From the NCBI GenBank assembly GCA_036384795.1, contig DASVLP010000033.1, positions 1,375 to 65,374 on the forward strand: a DNA stretch of 64,000 bases. Reading direction: 5' to 3'. The stretch comes from Sphingomonadaceae bacterium (GTDB taxonomy: Bacteria; Pseudomonadota; Alphaproteobacteria; Sphingomonadales; Sphingomonadaceae). Positions 1 to 9,071 of the stretch are shown piece after piece (the stretch's first letter is position 1; every line of letters begins with the position of its first letter). Below the pieces are notes generated by a model. That model was not told the DNA's origin. It ran no database searches and was given only the letters and a program-made list of their open reading frames with translations. The position numbers were made by a program, and so were the translations under genes.

Positions 1-809
1 CCGCCCCACAACTCGGTGCCGAGCAGCCGCGGCGTCGCGGCGCCCGCGGGCTTCACCGCGGTGGCCGCCTGGATCGACAGCCGCGCGCCTTCGGCAATCA
101 GCAGGGTGTCGAACCCGCCCTTCTGGCGCAGGCGCTGGGCCGCGCTGATGATCGAGGTGTTGCCGCGATCGTAGCTTTCCTTGGCCACGACCGCGCCGCC
201 CTTGGCCCGGACCGCGCGCCCGAGCGCCGCCTCGGCGCGCGCGCCGTATTCGCCGCTCGGCACCAGGACCGCGAACCGTTTCGAGCCGGCCGCGCTTGCG
301 TAGTCCACGGTGCGGGCGATCGACTGGTCGGGGCTCACGCCCATCACGAACACGTCCGGCCCGGCGACCGAGTTGTCGTTCGAGAAGCTGATCAGGGGTA
401 CGCCCGCCGGGCGCGCCTTGGCGACCACCGCGCCGACGTCGTCGCCCAGCAGCGGCCCGAGGATCAGCTTGTTGCCATCCGAGATCGCCCGCGCGGCCGC
501 GCTCGATGCGCCGGTCGCGGTATCGTACGTGGTGATCCGAAGATTCGCGGCATTGGTGTCGAGCAGCGCCATCGTGGTGGCGTTCGCCAAGGCGGTACCG
601 ACCCCCGCATAGCTGCCCGACAGCGGCACCAGCAGCGCGACGCGGTGGCGCTTTTCGTCATTGGGCAGCGTCGAGGTGGTCGGCTTGGGCGGCGGCGCGA
701 CCGGCGGCGGGGCTTTGGGAATGACCTGACACGCCGCGAGCAGCGCGGTCATCCCCAATGCCAGCGCCCTGCGCCGGTTGATGCGCCGATCGACCCTGCC
801 ACCGAGCAT
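1..809 (-). CDS. LpoA/LppC-like lipoprotein with periplasmic-binding fold (putative penicillin-binding protein activator). The N-terminal part lies in the window; the 3' end is beyond the window edge.
   Basis: Hand translation of the minus strand from ATG at 809 gives MLGGRVDRRINRRRALALGMTALLAACQVIPK..., with a lipobox LLAAC. It continues in frame to position 1 as ...VALLVPLSGSYAGVGTALANA...LILGPLLGDD.... It is divergent from rsmI, as in many proteobacteria. It is absent from the ORF track because it runs off the edge. Confidence 0.6.
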   Translation of the reverse strand, partial: MLGGRVDRRINRRRALALGMTALLAACQVIPKAPPPVAPPPKPTTSTLPNDEKRHRVALLVPLSGSYAGVGTALANATTMALLDTNAANLRITTYDTATGASSAAARAISDGNKLILGPLLGDDVGAVVAKARPAGVPLISFSNDNSVAGPDVFVMGVSPDQSIARTVDYASAAGSKRFAVLVPSGEYGARAEAALGRAVRAKGGAVVAKESYDRGNTSIISAAQRLRQKGGFDTLLIAEGARLSIQAATAVKPAGAATPRLLGTELWG

Positions 810-845
810 CTTGCCGCTCTCCCCAATCCTGTTCAGAAGGCCCCC

Positions 846-1682
846 ATGTCGGACCAGTCGTTATCTTCGGGCCTCTATATTGTCGCTACCCCGATTGGCA
901 ATCTCGGCGACATTACGGTGCGTGCGAGCGACGTGCTGTCGCGCTGCGACCTGATCGCCTGCGAGGACACGCGCGTCACCGCCAAGTTGCTGCACCATTT
1001 GGGGCTGCGCAAGAAGCTGTGGCGTTACGACGATCATTCGGGCGAGGGGGAGCGCGCGAAGCTGCTCGAGGCGATGCAAAGCGGAGCGGTGGCGCTGGTC
1101 AGCGATGCCGGGACCCCGCTGATCTCGGATCCCGGCTATCGCCTGGTGCGCGAGGCGCGCGCGGCTGGAATTGCGGTCACCAGCCTGCCGGGGCCGAGCG
1201 CGGCGGTGGTGGCGCTGACGCTCGCCGGCTTGCCGAGCGACCGGTTCCTGTTTGCGGGATTCCTTCCGACGAAGGACAAGGCGCGGGCGGACGCGCTGCG
1301 CGATCTCGCGGGCGTGCCGGCCACGCTGGTATTCTACGAGACTGCGCCGCGCCTGCTGAAGTCGCTTGCCGCGATCGGCGAGGCGCTGCGGGGGCGCCAG
1401 ATCGCGGTCGCGCGCGAGCTGACCAAGCTTCACGAGGAATGCCGCACCGGCTCGGCCACGGAACTCGCCGCGCATTACGAGGCGCATCCCCCTAGAGGCG
1501 AGATCGTGCTGCTGGTCGGTCCGCCTGGTGAGGAAGCGCACGGCGAGATCGATCCGGACGCGCTGCTGATTGCCGCGCTCGCCACGGCCAAGGCGTCGCA
1601 GGCGGCAGCCGAGGTGGCGCGCGCGACGGGGCTCGACCGCAAGGCGCTTTACGCCCGCGCCCTGGAGCTCAAAAGCAAATGA
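846..1682 (+). CDS. rsmI: 16S rRNA (cytidine1402-2'-O)-methyltransferase RsmI
   Basis: Track ORF 645..1682. The internal Met at codon 68 begins MSDQSLSSGLYIVATPIGNLGDITVRA, the conserved RsmI N-terminus. The upstream 67 codons are Arg-rich filler. Confidence 0.9.
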   Translation: MSDQSLSSGLYIVATPIGNLGDITVRASDVLSRCDLIACEDTRVTAKLLHHLGLRKKLWRYDDHSGEGERAKLLEAMQSGAVALVSDAGTPLISDPGYRLVREARAAGIAVTSLPGPSAAVVALTLAGLPSDRFLFAGFLPTKDKARADALRDLAGVPATLVFYETAPRLLKSLAAIGEALRGRQIAVARELTKLHEECRTGSATELAAHYEAHPPRGEIVLLVGPPGEEAHGEIDPDALLIAALATAKASQAAAEVARATGLDRKALYARALELKSK

Positions 1683-2029
1683 ACCGGGCTGCGGCCGAGA
1701 AGTTCGGGCGCCTTGCCGAAGCGCGCGCGGCGCTGTGGCTCAATCTCCACGGCTGGTGGGTGGTCGCGAGCCGGGTGAAGACACCCTTGGGCGAGATCGA
1801 CCTGATCGCCCGGCGCGGGCGCACGGTTGCGTTCGTCGAAGTGAAAGCCCGCAAGAGCGCGGCCGATCTCGACGACGCGATCGACGAATACCGGCTGCGG
1901 CGGGTCGCCGCGGCGGCCGAGGCGGTGGCCGCGCGCTACGTCCGTCCGCGCGACACGATGCGGATCGACGTGCTGCTGCTTGCGCCGCGCCGCTTCCCAC
2001 GCCACATCGTCAACGCGTGGATGCCCTAG
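1679..2029 (+). CDS. yraN: YraN family (UPF0102) endonuclease-like protein
   Basis: 116 aa with GEIDLIARRGRTVAFVEVKAR, a PD-(D/E)xK-like motif. ATGA overlap with the rsmI stop. Confidence 0.85.
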   Translation: MNRAAAEKFGRLAEARAALWLNLHGWWVVASRVKTPLGEIDLIARRGRTVAFVEVKARKSAADLDDAIDEYRLRRVAAAAEAVAARYVRPRDTMRIDVLLLAPRRFPRHIVNAWMP

Positions 2030-2038
2030 ACCACGCCT

Positions 2039-2141
2039 CGTCATTGCGAGGAGCTCAGCGACGAAGCGATCCAGGGCGGCACTGTGCGACTCCGGATTGC
2101 CGCGCGACCCCGGAACAAGTCCGGGCTCGCTCGCAATGACG
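2039..2141. repeat. Nested-palindrome REP/MITE-like intergenic element
   Basis: Perfect 12-bp terminal inverted repeat, CGTCATTGCGAG (2039-2050) / CTCGCAATGACG (2130-2141). Internal hairpin CCCGG-N7-CCGGG at 2109-2125. Non-coding spacer between yraN and gshB. Confidence 0.6.
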
Positions 2142-2158
2142 AATTGAGAGGGTTTCGA

Positions 2159-3118
2159 ATGACTCTGCGCGTGGCGGTCCAGATGGACCCGTTGGACAGC
2201 ATCAACATCGAGGGGGATTCGAGCTTCGCGCTGATGCTTTCGGCGCAGGAGCGCGGGCATGCCCTGTACCACTATGGGGTCGAAAGCCTGACGCTCGACG
2301 AGAACGGGCGGCTGCACGCGCTCGCGCATCCGGTGACGGTCCAGCGGGTCGAGGGGCGGCATTTTGCGCTTGGCGATCCGGTGCGGCTCGATCTCGGGCG
2401 CGACACCGAAGTGGTGCTGATGCGGCAGGATCCGCCGTTCCACATGGGCTACATCACCGCGACCCACCTGCTCGAGCGGATCGAGGGCGAGACTCTGGTG
2501 GTGAACAACCCCGTCAGCGTGCGGAACGCGCCCGAGAAAGTGTTCGTGCTCGATTTCCGGCAGTTCATGCCGCCGACATTGATCACGCGTTCGGTGGCAG
2601 AAATCCGCGAGTTCCAGCAGCGCCACGGCGCGGTGGTGGTGAAGCCGATCCACGGCAACGGCGGCAAGGCGATCTTCCGCGTGCCCGAAAGCGGCGACAA
2701 CCTGTCCGCGCTGATCGAGGTGTTCAACCAGACCTGGCCCGAGCCGCACATGGTCCAGCCGTTCCTTCCCGAAGTGTCCGAGGGCGACAAGCGCATCGTG
2801 CTGGTCGACGGCGAAGTCGCGGGCGCGATCAACCGCAAGCCGGGCGCCGGCGAGTTCCGTTCGAACCTCGCGGTCGGCGGCTCGGCCGAACCGACCGAAC
2901 TGACCGCGCGCGAGGAGGAAATCTGTGCCGCGCTCGGTCCGCGGCTGAAGGAACTCGGCCTGATCTTCGTCGGGATCGACGTGATCGGCGGCAAGTGGCT
3001 GACCGAGATCAACGTCACCTCGCCCACCGGCATCGTCGCGATCGACAAGTTCAACGGCACGGATACCGCCGCAATGATCTGGGACGCGATCGAGACCCGG
3101 CTCGCCGCCACGGTTTAA
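2159..3118 (+). CDS. gshB: Glutathione synthetase (ATP-grasp)
   Basis: Track ORF 2084..3118. Met at codon 26 begins MTLRVAVQMDPLDSINIEGDSSFALM. Typical GshB motifs are present (HGNGGKAIFRV, DKRIVLVDGE, INVTSPTG). Confidence 0.92.
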   Translation: MTLRVAVQMDPLDSINIEGDSSFALMLSAQERGHALYHYGVESLTLDENGRLHALAHPVTVQRVEGRHFALGDPVRLDLGRDTEVVLMRQDPPFHMGYITATHLLERIEGETLVVNNPVSVRNAPEKVFVLDFRQFMPPTLITRSVAEIREFQQRHGAVVVKPIHGNGGKAIFRVPESGDNLSALIEVFNQTWPEPHMVQPFLPEVSEGDKRIVLVDGEVAGAINRKPGAGEFRSNLAVGGSAEPTELTAREEEICAALGPRLKELGLIFVGIDVIGGKWLTEINVTSPTGIVAIDKFNGTDTAAMIWDAIETRLAATV

Positions 3119-3209
3119 TGGAATCCTTATTTCGCGCAGCCGGAACTCGCATGGCGCGCTAACGGCCGGAAAGCCCACATCGCGAGCCTCGTAAACGGGG
3201 CTCGAATCG

Positions 3210-5132
3210 ATGCACGCACCAGGGCAAGCACCCGACCACGCACGCACCCGCGGCAACTCGCTTTCGGCGCTCACGCTCGGCGCGATCGGCGTGGTCTACG
3301 GGGACATCGGTACCAGCCCGCTCTACGCGTTTCGCGAGGCCTTGGCGCGCACCGCCAGCGGGGCGATCGGCGCGGCGGACATCATCGGCGTGCTGTCGCT
3401 GATGCTGTGGGCGCTGATCGTCGTGGTCACGCTCAAGTACGTGCTGTTTCTGATGCGGATGGACAACAACGGCGAGGGCGGGGTGCTCTCGCTGATGGCG
3501 CTTGCCAGCCGCGCGACGGCGGGAAAATGGCCGGTGGTGCTGGTGCTCGGCGCGGCTGGCGCGGCGCTGTTCTACGGCGACGCGATCATCACCCCGGCGC
3601 TGTCGGTACTCTCGGCGGTCGAGGGGCTGAAGACGGTGCCCGGGCTCGGCGGGTTGCAGCTCAACGAGATACTGCTGGCGACCGCCGCGATCCTTGCCGG
3701 CCTGTTCGCGATCCAGTCGCGCGGCACGGCGATGGTCGCGGGGTTGTTCGGCCCGGTCTGCGCGGTCTGGTTCGTGGTGCTTGCCGGGCTCGGCCTGTGG
3801 CATATCGCGCAGGCGCCCGCGATCCTGGCGGCGTTCAACCCGTGGATGGCCGCGCACTTCCTCGCGACGCACGGCGTGGCGGGGCTGCTGGTGCTCGGCG
3901 CGGTGTTCCTGACCGTGACCGGCGCCGAGGCGTTGATCGCCGACATGGGCCATTTCGGCCGCCTGCCGATCCAGCTCGGCTGGCTGGGGTTCGTCTGGCC
4001 CGCGCTGACGCTGAACTATCTCGGCCAAGGCGCGCTGGCGCTGACCTATCTCGACGCCGCGCATGTCGCCGGCCGCCCGTTCGCCAATGCAGACTGGTTC
4101 TTCGTAATGGCGCCCGACAGCATGCGCGGGCCGCTGGTGCTGCTGGCAACGCTCGCCACGATCATCGCCAGCCAGGCGGTGATCACCGGCGCTTATTCGC
4201 TGACCCGCCAGGCGACCGCGCTGGGCCTGCTGCCGCGGATGCAGATCCGCCAGACTTCCGAGCATCAGATCGGCCAGATCTACATGCCGCTGGTCAACTG
4301 GCTGCTGCTGATCGGCGTGCTGACGCTGGTGTTCGGGTTCAAGAGCAGCTCGGCGATGGCCGCGGCCTACGGCATCGCGGTGACCGGCACGATGGTCGTC
4401 ACCACCTGCCTTGCGTTCGTGATCGCCTGGCGCGGGTGGAAGTGGGAGCCGTTCTGGACCGCGGTATTGTTCGCGCCGTTCCTGACCATCGACCTGATCT
4501 TCTTCGGGGCGAACGCCTTGCGGGTGGTCGAGGGCGGCTGGGTGCCGCTGCTGGTCGCCTCGGCGATCGCCGCAGTGATCGCGGTGTGGCTGATGGGCCG
4601 GCGGGTGACCGTACAGCGTGTCGAGCAACAGGGCGTGCCGCTGGCCGAGTTGGTCGCGGCGCTCGCCCAGCGCCCGCCCGAGAGCGTCGAAGGCGTCGCG
4701 GTGTTCCTCGCCGCGGACCTCGACGTTGCGCCCTCGGCGCTGCTGCATAACCTCAAGCACAACAAAGTGCTCCACCGGACCAACATCCTGCTGAAGGTGG
4801 CCAATGCCGAAGCGCCGCACCTCGCGCCGGGCGAGCGGCTGCGGCTGGAATGGCTCGACGAGCGCTTCACCCGCGCGTGGCTGACCTACGGCTACATGGA
4901 CGCCATCGACGTGCCGAGCGACCTCGCCGCGAGCGCCGGCCTGCTCACCGGCACCGGCGGCACGTCGTTCTTCGTCGGGCGCAGCACGATCCGCCGCGCG
5001 CTGAAGCCGCAACTGCCGCGCTGGATCGCGCCGATCTACGGCTTCCTCCACCGCAACGCCGCAGACCCGACTGCCTATTTCGCGATCCCGCCCAACAGGG
5101 TGGTCGAACTGGGGAGCCAGTTGGAGCTATAA
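3210..5132 (+). CDS. kup: KUP/HAK/KT family potassium transporter
   Basis: 640 aa with GVVYGDIGTSPLYAF near the N-terminus, a multi-TM body and a cytoplasmic C-terminal domain. Confidence 0.93.
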   Translation: MHAPGQAPDHARTRGNSLSALTLGAIGVVYGDIGTSPLYAFREALARTASGAIGAADIIGVLSLMLWALIVVVTLKYVLFLMRMDNNGEGGVLSLMALASRATAGKWPVVLVLGAAGAALFYGDAIITPALSVLSAVEGLKTVPGLGGLQLNEILLATAAILAGLFAIQSRGTAMVAGLFGPVCAVWFVVLAGLGLWHIAQAPAILAAFNPWMAAHFLATHGVAGLLVLGAVFLTVTGAEALIADMGHFGRLPIQLGWLGFVWPALTLNYLGQGALALTYLDAAHVAGRPFANADWFFVMAPDSMRGPLVLLATLATIIASQAVITGAYSLTRQATALGLLPRMQIRQTSEHQIGQIYMPLVNWLLLIGVLTLVFGFKSSSAMAAAYGIAVTGTMVVTTCLAFVIAWRGWKWEPFWTAVLFAPFLTIDLIFFGANALRVVEGGWVPLLVASAIAAVIAVWLMGRRVTVQRVEQQGVPLAELVAALAQRPPESVEGVAVFLAADLDVAPSALLHNLKHNKVLHRTNILLKVANAEAPHLAPGERLRLEWLDERFTRAWLTYGYMDAIDVPSDLAASAGLLTGTGGTSFFVGRSTIRRALKPQLPRWIAPIYGFLHRNAADPTAYFAIPPNRVVELGSQLEL

Positions 5133-5140
5133 GCGAAACG

Positions 5141-6574
5141 ATGGACCGGAGGGTTTCCGCATACGGATTGGCCGCGCTCGGCGTGGCGGCTGTGGCGTGG
5201 CTGACGAGCGCGGCCTTCGCGTGGCTGGGCCTGGCCTCCTCGGCACTGCTGTTCCTGCTCCCGGTGCTGCTCGCGTCGGCCAGGGGAGGGATCGGGCCCG
5301 GGCTGTTCGCCGCGCTCGCCGGCGCGGCGGCCTACAACTTCCTGCTGCTGCCGCCGCTGTTCTCGTTCCGCGTGCACAGCTCGGACAACATCGTCAGCGT
5401 GGCGGTGCTGGCCCTGGTGGCGCTGGTCACCAGCCGGCTCGCGACCCGGCTCAAGGAACGCGAGGCGGACGCGCTGTCGCAGGCGCAAGCCAGCGGCGAG
5501 GCCGCCGAACTTTCCGCGCTGCTTTCGTCCGGCGACGCCGAAACCGCACCGGGCCGCGGCGTCGGCTGGCTCGCCGCGCACTACGGCGCGGCGCTGCTGC
5601 TCGACCGCACCGTGCTGGACGAGGATGCCGCCGCGTTCGGCTCGCTCGACCTGTCGGCCGCCGCCTGGGCGCTGCACAACGGCGATGCGACCGGCCACGG
5701 CACCGCGATCATGCCGGCGGCGGACTGGAGCTTCATCCCGCTCGCGCCGCGCGGGCGGGCCGGCGGGCACCTGCTTGCGGTCGCGCGACCGGCGAGCGGC
5801 ACTACCCGCGGCGAAGCGCAAGTCGCCCACCTCCAGGAACTCGCGCTGCTGCTCGGCCAGGCGAGCGATCGCGCGGCGCTGGAGCGCGAGCAGCACGAGC
5901 GCGAGCGGGTCGAGCAGAGCGACCGCTTGCGCCGCACCCTGCTCACCTCGCTGGCGCACGATTTCCGCACGCCTCTGACGGTGATCACCGGCCAGCTCGC
6001 GACGTTGTCCGCAAAGTCTTCCGAAGCCCAAGATGCCCTGCGCGCCGCCCGCCGCCTCGACCGCACGATCGACGACCTGTTCGCCGCCGCGCGGCTCGAG
6101 GAAGGCTCGCTCGCGCTGGCGCCGGAGAGCCTTGACCTGGTCGATGCAGCGAGCGCCGCATGCGAGGCGGTTGCGCTGCCTGCGCGGATCGCGCTCCAGC
6201 GCGCGATCCCGGCGGACTTGCCGTTCGTGCGCGCCGACCCCGTGCTGCTGCACCACGTGCTGCTGAACCTGCTCGACAATGCCGCGCGCCATGCGAAAAC
6301 ACACGTCGCGCTTGCCGCGCGGGCCGAGGAGGATCGGGTGACGCTGGCAATTTCCGACGATGGCAAGGGCATTCCCGAAGCCGAACGCGCACGCGTGTTC
6401 GAGCGCTTTGCGCGGATCGAGGGCAGCGACCGCCACGAAGGCAGCGGGCTCGGGCTGTCGATCGTCAAAGGGTTCGCCGACGCGATGGCGATCGCGGTCG
6501 AGGTGGGCGAAGCGCCGACAGGCGGGGCCTGCTTCACCCTCGCGTTGCCGCGGGCCGAAGGACCCGCACCATGA
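5141..6574 (+). CDS. Sensor histidine kinase resembling the C-terminal half of KdpD (DUF4118 TM block plus HisKA plus HATPase). It has no N-terminal KdpD/Usp module.
   Basis: Track ORF 4850..6574. Met at codon 98 begins MDRRVSAYGLAALGV. TM block is LLFLLPVLLASARGGIGPGLFAALAGAAAYNFLLLPPLFSF, the H-box is SLAHDFRTPLTVITG, and the G-boxes are DDGKGIP and GSGLGLSIV. It starts 8 nt after the kup stop. Confidence 0.8.
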   Translation: MDRRVSAYGLAALGVAAVAWLTSAAFAWLGLASSALLFLLPVLLASARGGIGPGLFAALAGAAAYNFLLLPPLFSFRVHSSDNIVSVAVLALVALVTSRLATRLKEREADALSQAQASGEAAELSALLSSGDAETAPGRGVGWLAAHYGAALLLDRTVLDEDAAAFGSLDLSAAAWALHNGDATGHGTAIMPAADWSFIPLAPRGRAGGHLLAVARPASGTTRGEAQVAHLQELALLLGQASDRAALEREQHERERVEQSDRLRRTLLTSLAHDFRTPLTVITGQLATLSAKSSEAQDALRAARRLDRTIDDLFAAARLEEGSLALAPESLDLVDAASAACEAVALPARIALQRAIPADLPFVRADPVLLHHVLLNLLDNAARHAKTHVALAARAEEDRVTLAISDDGKGIPEAERARVFERFARIEGSDRHEGSGLGLSIVKGFADAMAIAVEVGEAPTGGACFTLALPRAEGPAP

Positions 6575-7257
6575 GCCGGGTGCTGGCGGTCGACGATGAA
6601 CCCGCGATCCGGCGCCTGCTCGCCGCGATCCTCACGCGCGGCGGCCATGAGGCGGCGACGGCAGCCAACGCGCGCGAAGCACTCGCCCTGCTGGCGCGCG
6701 GCGGGATCGACGCGGTGCTGCTCGACCTCGGCCTGCCGGACCGCGACGGGATCGAGTTGGTCGGCGCGATCCGCGCGGAATCGCAAGTGCCGATCATCGT
6801 GGTTACCGCGCGCTCGGACGTGTCGGAAAAGATCGCCGCGCTCGATTTGGGGGCCGACGACTACGTGACCAAGCCGTTCGACGCCGACGAACTGCTCGCC
6901 CGCCTCCGCTCGGCATTGCGGCGGGCCGAAAGCAATGGCGAAGCAAGGCCCGAAAGCGTGGAGTTCGGCCCGATCGCGATCGACCGCGCCCGGCACGAAG
7001 CGCGCCTGAACGGCGCACCGGTTGCGCTGACCCCCAAGGAATTCGCTGTGCTGGAAACCCTCACCGAGGCCGGCGGCCGGGTGCTCACCCACGCCGCGAT
7101 CCTCGAGCGCGTGTGGGGCAAGGCCCACGTCGCCGACGTCGACTATTTGCGCGTCGCGATCCGTGCGCTGCGGCTGAAGCTTGAGGCGGATCCGTCCGCT
7201 CCCAGGCTGATCAGGAATGAGCCGGCGATCGGCTACCGCTTGGCGGATATTGCCTGA
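6571..7257 (+). CDS. kdpE: OmpR-family response regulator, KdpE-like
   Basis: Track ORF 6160..7257. Met at codon 138 begins MSRVLAVDDEPAIRRLL, with receiver Asp in LLDLGLPD. The winged-helix tail LTPKEFAVLETL...DYLRVAIRALRLKLEADP...EPAIGYRL closely resembles KdpE. ATGA overlap with the kinase stop. Confidence 0.8.
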   Translation: MSRVLAVDDEPAIRRLLAAILTRGGHEAATAANAREALALLARGGIDAVLLDLGLPDRDGIELVGAIRAESQVPIIVVTARSDVSEKIAALDLGADDYVTKPFDADELLARLRSALRRAESNGEARPESVEFGPIAIDRARHEARLNGAPVALTPKEFAVLETLTEAGGRVLTHAAILERVWGKAHVADVDYLRVAIRALRLKLEADPSAPRLIRNEPAIGYRLADIA

Positions 7258-7363
7258 ATGGGGGGCGGGGGTGAACCTTCTCCCCCTCTGGACACCGCGC
7301 CCGATCGCAGCGAAGCTGGCAACGCATGACCCGCGCCATAGCCGGGCCGCGAGGGGAGGACGG

Positions 7364-8596
7364 ATGCAACAGGGCCGATCGAGCGCGGGCTACCAGGTGC
7401 TGCTGGTCGGCCTGTTGTGCCTGAACTTCGGCATCTTGTTCTTCGATCGCAACGCGCTCAATTTCCTGATGCCTTACGTGCAGCCGGAACTGGACCTCAG
7501 CTACACCCAGGTCGGCATGCTCGGCTCGGCGCTGTCGCTGACCTGGGCGCTGGCGGCGATCTTCGTCGGCTGGCTGTCAGATAAGCTCGCGCGGCGCAAG
7601 ATCATCATCGTCGTGTCGACCCTGGTGTTCGCCGCGTGCTCGGTGATCTCCGGGCTGGCTCAGACGTTCCTGATGCTGCTCGCCGCGCGGCTGGTGATGG
7701 GGCTGTCGGAAGGCGGGGTGATGCCGATCAGCCATGCGATGGTCGCCGCCGAAGTCGCGCCCGAGCGGCGCGGGGTGGCGCAAGGCATCGCGCAGAACCT
7801 CGGCTCGAGCCTGCTCGGCTCGACGGTCGCGCCGCTGGTGCTGGTGCCGATCGCGCTCGCGTGGGGCTGGCGGCACGCGTTCTTCCTCGCCGCGGTGCCG
7901 GGCTTGATCTCTGCCCTGCTGATCATGCTGTTCATCGCCGAGCGGCCGCTGCCTAAGCAACCGCCGCGCGTTGCCGGCGAGCGGTTGCCGCTGATCGACA
8001 CGCTGACCAACCGCAACGTGATCGCCTGCGCGGTGATGGCGGTGCTGCTGGTTTCCTACCTGGTGGTCACCTGGGCGTTCATGCCGCTGGTGCTGGTGCA
8101 ATACCGCCATATCGACGACCACACCGCGGCCAACCTGATGGCCGTGCTCGGAATCGCTTCGGCAATCGCCGCGTTCGTGATCCCGGCGATTTCCGATTAT
8201 GTCGGGCGCAAGCCGGTGATGGCGGTTTCGACGCTGGTCGGCACGATCCTGCCGCTCGGCGCGCTGTATTACGACGGGCCCGCGTGGATGCTCGGCGTGA
8301 TCTTCTTCGTCGGCTGGCTGTTCAACGGGATCTTTCCGATGTTCATGGCGACGGTGCCCACCGAAAGCGTCAGCCCGCGCCAGGTCGCCGCGGCGATCGG
8401 GATCGTGATGGGCGTGGGCGAGATCCTCGGCGGCGTGTTCGCGCCCTCGCTCGCCGGCAAGCTCAGCGACATCTATGGGCTCCAGGCGCCGCTGTGGCTG
8501 CTGTTGGCGCTCGCGGTGCTGGGCGCGGCGACTGCGCTGTTCCTCAGGGAAACGGCGCCGCGCGTGACGGCGCGGACCGCCCCTGCAGCAATCTGA
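7364..8596 (+). CDS. MFS transporter
   Basis: Track ORF 7217..8596. The Met at codon 50 is preceded by GAGGGGAGGA. About 12 hydrophobic segments. MFS motif A-like GWLSDKLARRK. Confidence 0.8.
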   Translation: MQQGRSSAGYQVLLVGLLCLNFGILFFDRNALNFLMPYVQPELDLSYTQVGMLGSALSLTWALAAIFVGWLSDKLARRKIIIVVSTLVFAACSVISGLAQTFLMLLAARLVMGLSEGGVMPISHAMVAAEVAPERRGVAQGIAQNLGSSLLGSTVAPLVLVPIALAWGWRHAFFLAAVPGLISALLIMLFIAERPLPKQPPRVAGERLPLIDTLTNRNVIACAVMAVLLVSYLVVTWAFMPLVLVQYRHIDDHTAANLMAVLGIASAIAAFVIPAISDYVGRKPVMAVSTLVGTILPLGALYYDGPAWMLGVIFFVGWLFNGIFPMFMATVPTESVSPRQVAAAIGIVMGVGEILGGVFAPSLAGKLSDIYGLQAPLWLLLALAVLGAATALFLRETAPRVTARTAPAAI

Positions 8597-8612
8597 AACG
8601 GGAGAAACGAAG

Positions 8613-9071
8613 ATGGCACGCCCTGCGGTGGAAGACGAACTGGCGATCCGCGAGCTCTATGCGCGCTACAGCTGGGCGCTCGATACCGGCGATACCGACG
8701 GCTACGTGAACCTGTTCACCGAGGACGCCGAAGCGACCGAGGAAACTGCTTCCGGCGAGCTCGAAGTGCGCAAGGGGCGCGAGGAAATCCGCAAGCTGGT
8801 GCTGAAGTTCCACCAGCGGCCCGATTTTCCCGGCCACCAGCACCAGATGGACCAGCTGGTGTTCGAAGCCGACTCGCAGGGGCGGCCCGACCGCTGGATC
8901 GTGCGCTCTTACGCCTGGGCGACGATCAATCGCCCGCCCGCGCCGCCGCACCTGCACTGGTGCGGGCATATCCGCGACGAAGTCCGCAAAGTCGACGGCG
9001 AATGGAAGATCGCCGCCAAGGACATCATGGGTTGGGCGGGAAAGGTGCTCGAACGCTTCGAGCGACGCTAG
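8613..9071 (+). CDS. SnoaL-like / NTF2-fold protein
   Basis: 152 aa with ELYARYSWALDTGDTDGYVNLFTEDA, typical of the SnoaL_4 family. Confidence 0.7.
   Translation: MARPAVEDELAIRELYARYSWALDTGDTDGYVNLFTEDAEATEETASGELEVRKGREEIRKLVLKFHQRPDFPGHQHQMDQLVFEADSQGRPDRWIVRSYAWATINRPPAPPHLHWCGHIRDEVRKVDGEWKIAAKDIMGWAGKVLERFERR

Noticed and set aside
645-845. N-terminal extensions of track ORFs (for example 645-845 before rsmI, 4850-5140 before the kinase, 6160-6570 before kdpE, 26897-27184 before alr, 61738-62724 before can).
   Set aside because: The extensions are Arg-rich, overlap upstream genes or repeat elements, and precede an internal start where family-conserved N-termini begin.
1649-3274. 541-aa ORF on the minus strand, antisense to yraN and gshB.
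   Set aside because: It is Arg/Ala/Gly/Pro/Asp-rich with no motif. It lies opposite two strongly recognisable genes. This is typical of stop-codon-poor alternative frames in high-GC DNA.
3159-5051. 630-aa minus-strand ORF antisense to kup, and the 447-aa plus-strand alternative frame at 3407..4750.
   Set aside because: Their composition is extremely Arg/Gly/Ala/Asp-biased with no TM or domain signature. The kup frame carries the diagnostic KUP motifs.
5141-6574. Possibility that the KdpD-like kinase is a 5'-truncated pseudogene.
   Set aside because: The ORF is intact from a Met 8 nt after the kup stop through all kinase motifs and is translationally coupled to kdpE. The upstream DNA is fully occupied by kup, so there is no remnant of a KdpD N-domain. 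I treat it as a naturally short kinase.
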